Part shown: one piece after another, positions 62,889 through 64,000 of the stretch
Numbering within the stretch: the stretch's first letter is position 1
Layout: each line of letters opens with the position of its first letter
Source: Nemertoderma westbladi
Lineage: Eukaryota > Animalia > Xenacoelomorpha
Direction of reading: 5' to 3'
Assembly: GCA_032718475.1 (NCBI GenBank)
Contig: JAUCBJ010000700.1
Coordinates: forward strand, 62,001 to 126,000
DNA length: 64,000 bases
The notes under the pieces: generated by a model
Databases searched by the model: none
What the model was told of the DNA's origin: nothing
The model's input: the letters and a program-made list of their open reading frames with translations, nothing else
Translations under genes and position numbers: made by a program

Positions 62889-64000
62889 TAACATTGGGAA
62901 TATAATCTATTTTACTAACATTGGGAATATAATCTATTTTACTAATATTGGGAATATAATCTATTTTACTAACATTGGAAATATAATCTATTTTACTAAC
63001 ATTGGGAATATAATCTATTTTACTAACATTGGGAATATAATCTATTTTACTAACATTGGGAATATATTCTATTTTACTAACATCGGGAATATAATCTAAT
63101 TTACTAACATTGGGAATATAATCTATTTTACTAACATCGGGAATATAATCTATTTTACTAACATTGGGAATATAATCTATTTTACTAACATTGGGAATAT
63201 AATCTATTTTACTAACATCGGGAATATAATCTATTTTACTAACATTGGGAATATAATCTATTTTACTAACATTGGGAATATAATCTATTTTACTAACATT
63301 GGGAATATAATCTATTTTACTAACATTGGGAATATAATCTATTTTACTAACATTGGGAATATAATCTATTTTACTAACATTGGGAATATAATCTATTTTA
63401 CTAACATTGGGAATATAATCTATTTTACTAACATTGGGAATATAATCTATTTTACTAACATTGGGAATATAATCTATTTTACTAACATTGGGAATATAAT
63501 CTATTTTACTAACATTGGGAATATAATCTATTTTACTAACATTGGGAATATAATCTATTTTACTAACATTGGGAATATAATCTATTTTACTAACATTGGG
63601 AATATATTCTATTTTACTAACATTGGGAATATAATCTATTTTACTAACATTGGGAATATAATCTATTTTACTAACATTGGGAATATAATCTATTTTACTA
63701 ACATTGGGAATATAATCTATTTTACTAACATTGGGAATATATTCTATTTTACTAACATTGGGAATATAATCTATTTTACTAACATTGGGAATATAATCTA
63801 TTTTACTAACATTGGGAATATAATCTATTTTACTAACATTGGGAATATAATCTATTTTACTAACATTGGGAATATATTCTATTTTACTAACATTGGGAAT
63901 ATATTCTATTTTACTAACATTGGGAATATAATCTATTTTACTAACATTGGGAATATAATCTATTTTACTAACATTGGGAATATAATCTATTTTACTAACA
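62889..64000. repeat. 27-bp AT-rich satellite, at least 41 copies, runs off the window
   Basis: Unit aacattgggaatataatctattttact. Confidence 0.97.

Noticed and set aside
4708-64000. CRISPR-like appearance of the 27-40 bp repeats
   Set aside because: Units are head-to-tail with no unique spacers, there are no cas genes, and the context is eukaryotic.
62889-64000. gttagt donor-like motif in the 27-bp unit on the minus strand
   Set aside because: The seed end of the array lies outside the window, so a splice-site origin cannot be supported.

Overview
AT-rich eukaryotic (invertebrate-metazoan-like) genomic window with no prokaryotic features, rRNA, tRNA or CRISPR. Recognisable host genes are a single-exon SPIDR-like gene (329-2356), two tandem 3-exon SLC18B1-like MFS transporter paralogues (11239-23959 and 31550-37845), a single-exon tetraspanin (minus strand), single-exon CCDC93, and a tentative small spliced orphan gene on the minus strand (55660-62705). 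Much of the rest is mobile DNA: an RTE-like LINE, a full-length LINE with a 15-bp TSD, several MITE/foldback elements with TA or 9-bp TSDs (some nested), and decayed C2H2 zinc-finger, Ulp1-protease, Gypsy-RT and alpha-kinase relics. There are seven minisatellite/satellite arrays (40, 64, 36, 17, 57, 39 and 27 bp units). The most striking pattern is that three arrays visibly grew out of coding sequence, two of them exactly at 5' splice sites. The 64-bp unit is a 28-nt GT-AG block plus an in-frame 36-nt micro-exon; the 39-bp unit creates a chain of AG|GTGAGT sites across about 6 kb of intron. All gene names come from remembered motifs, not from database searches.
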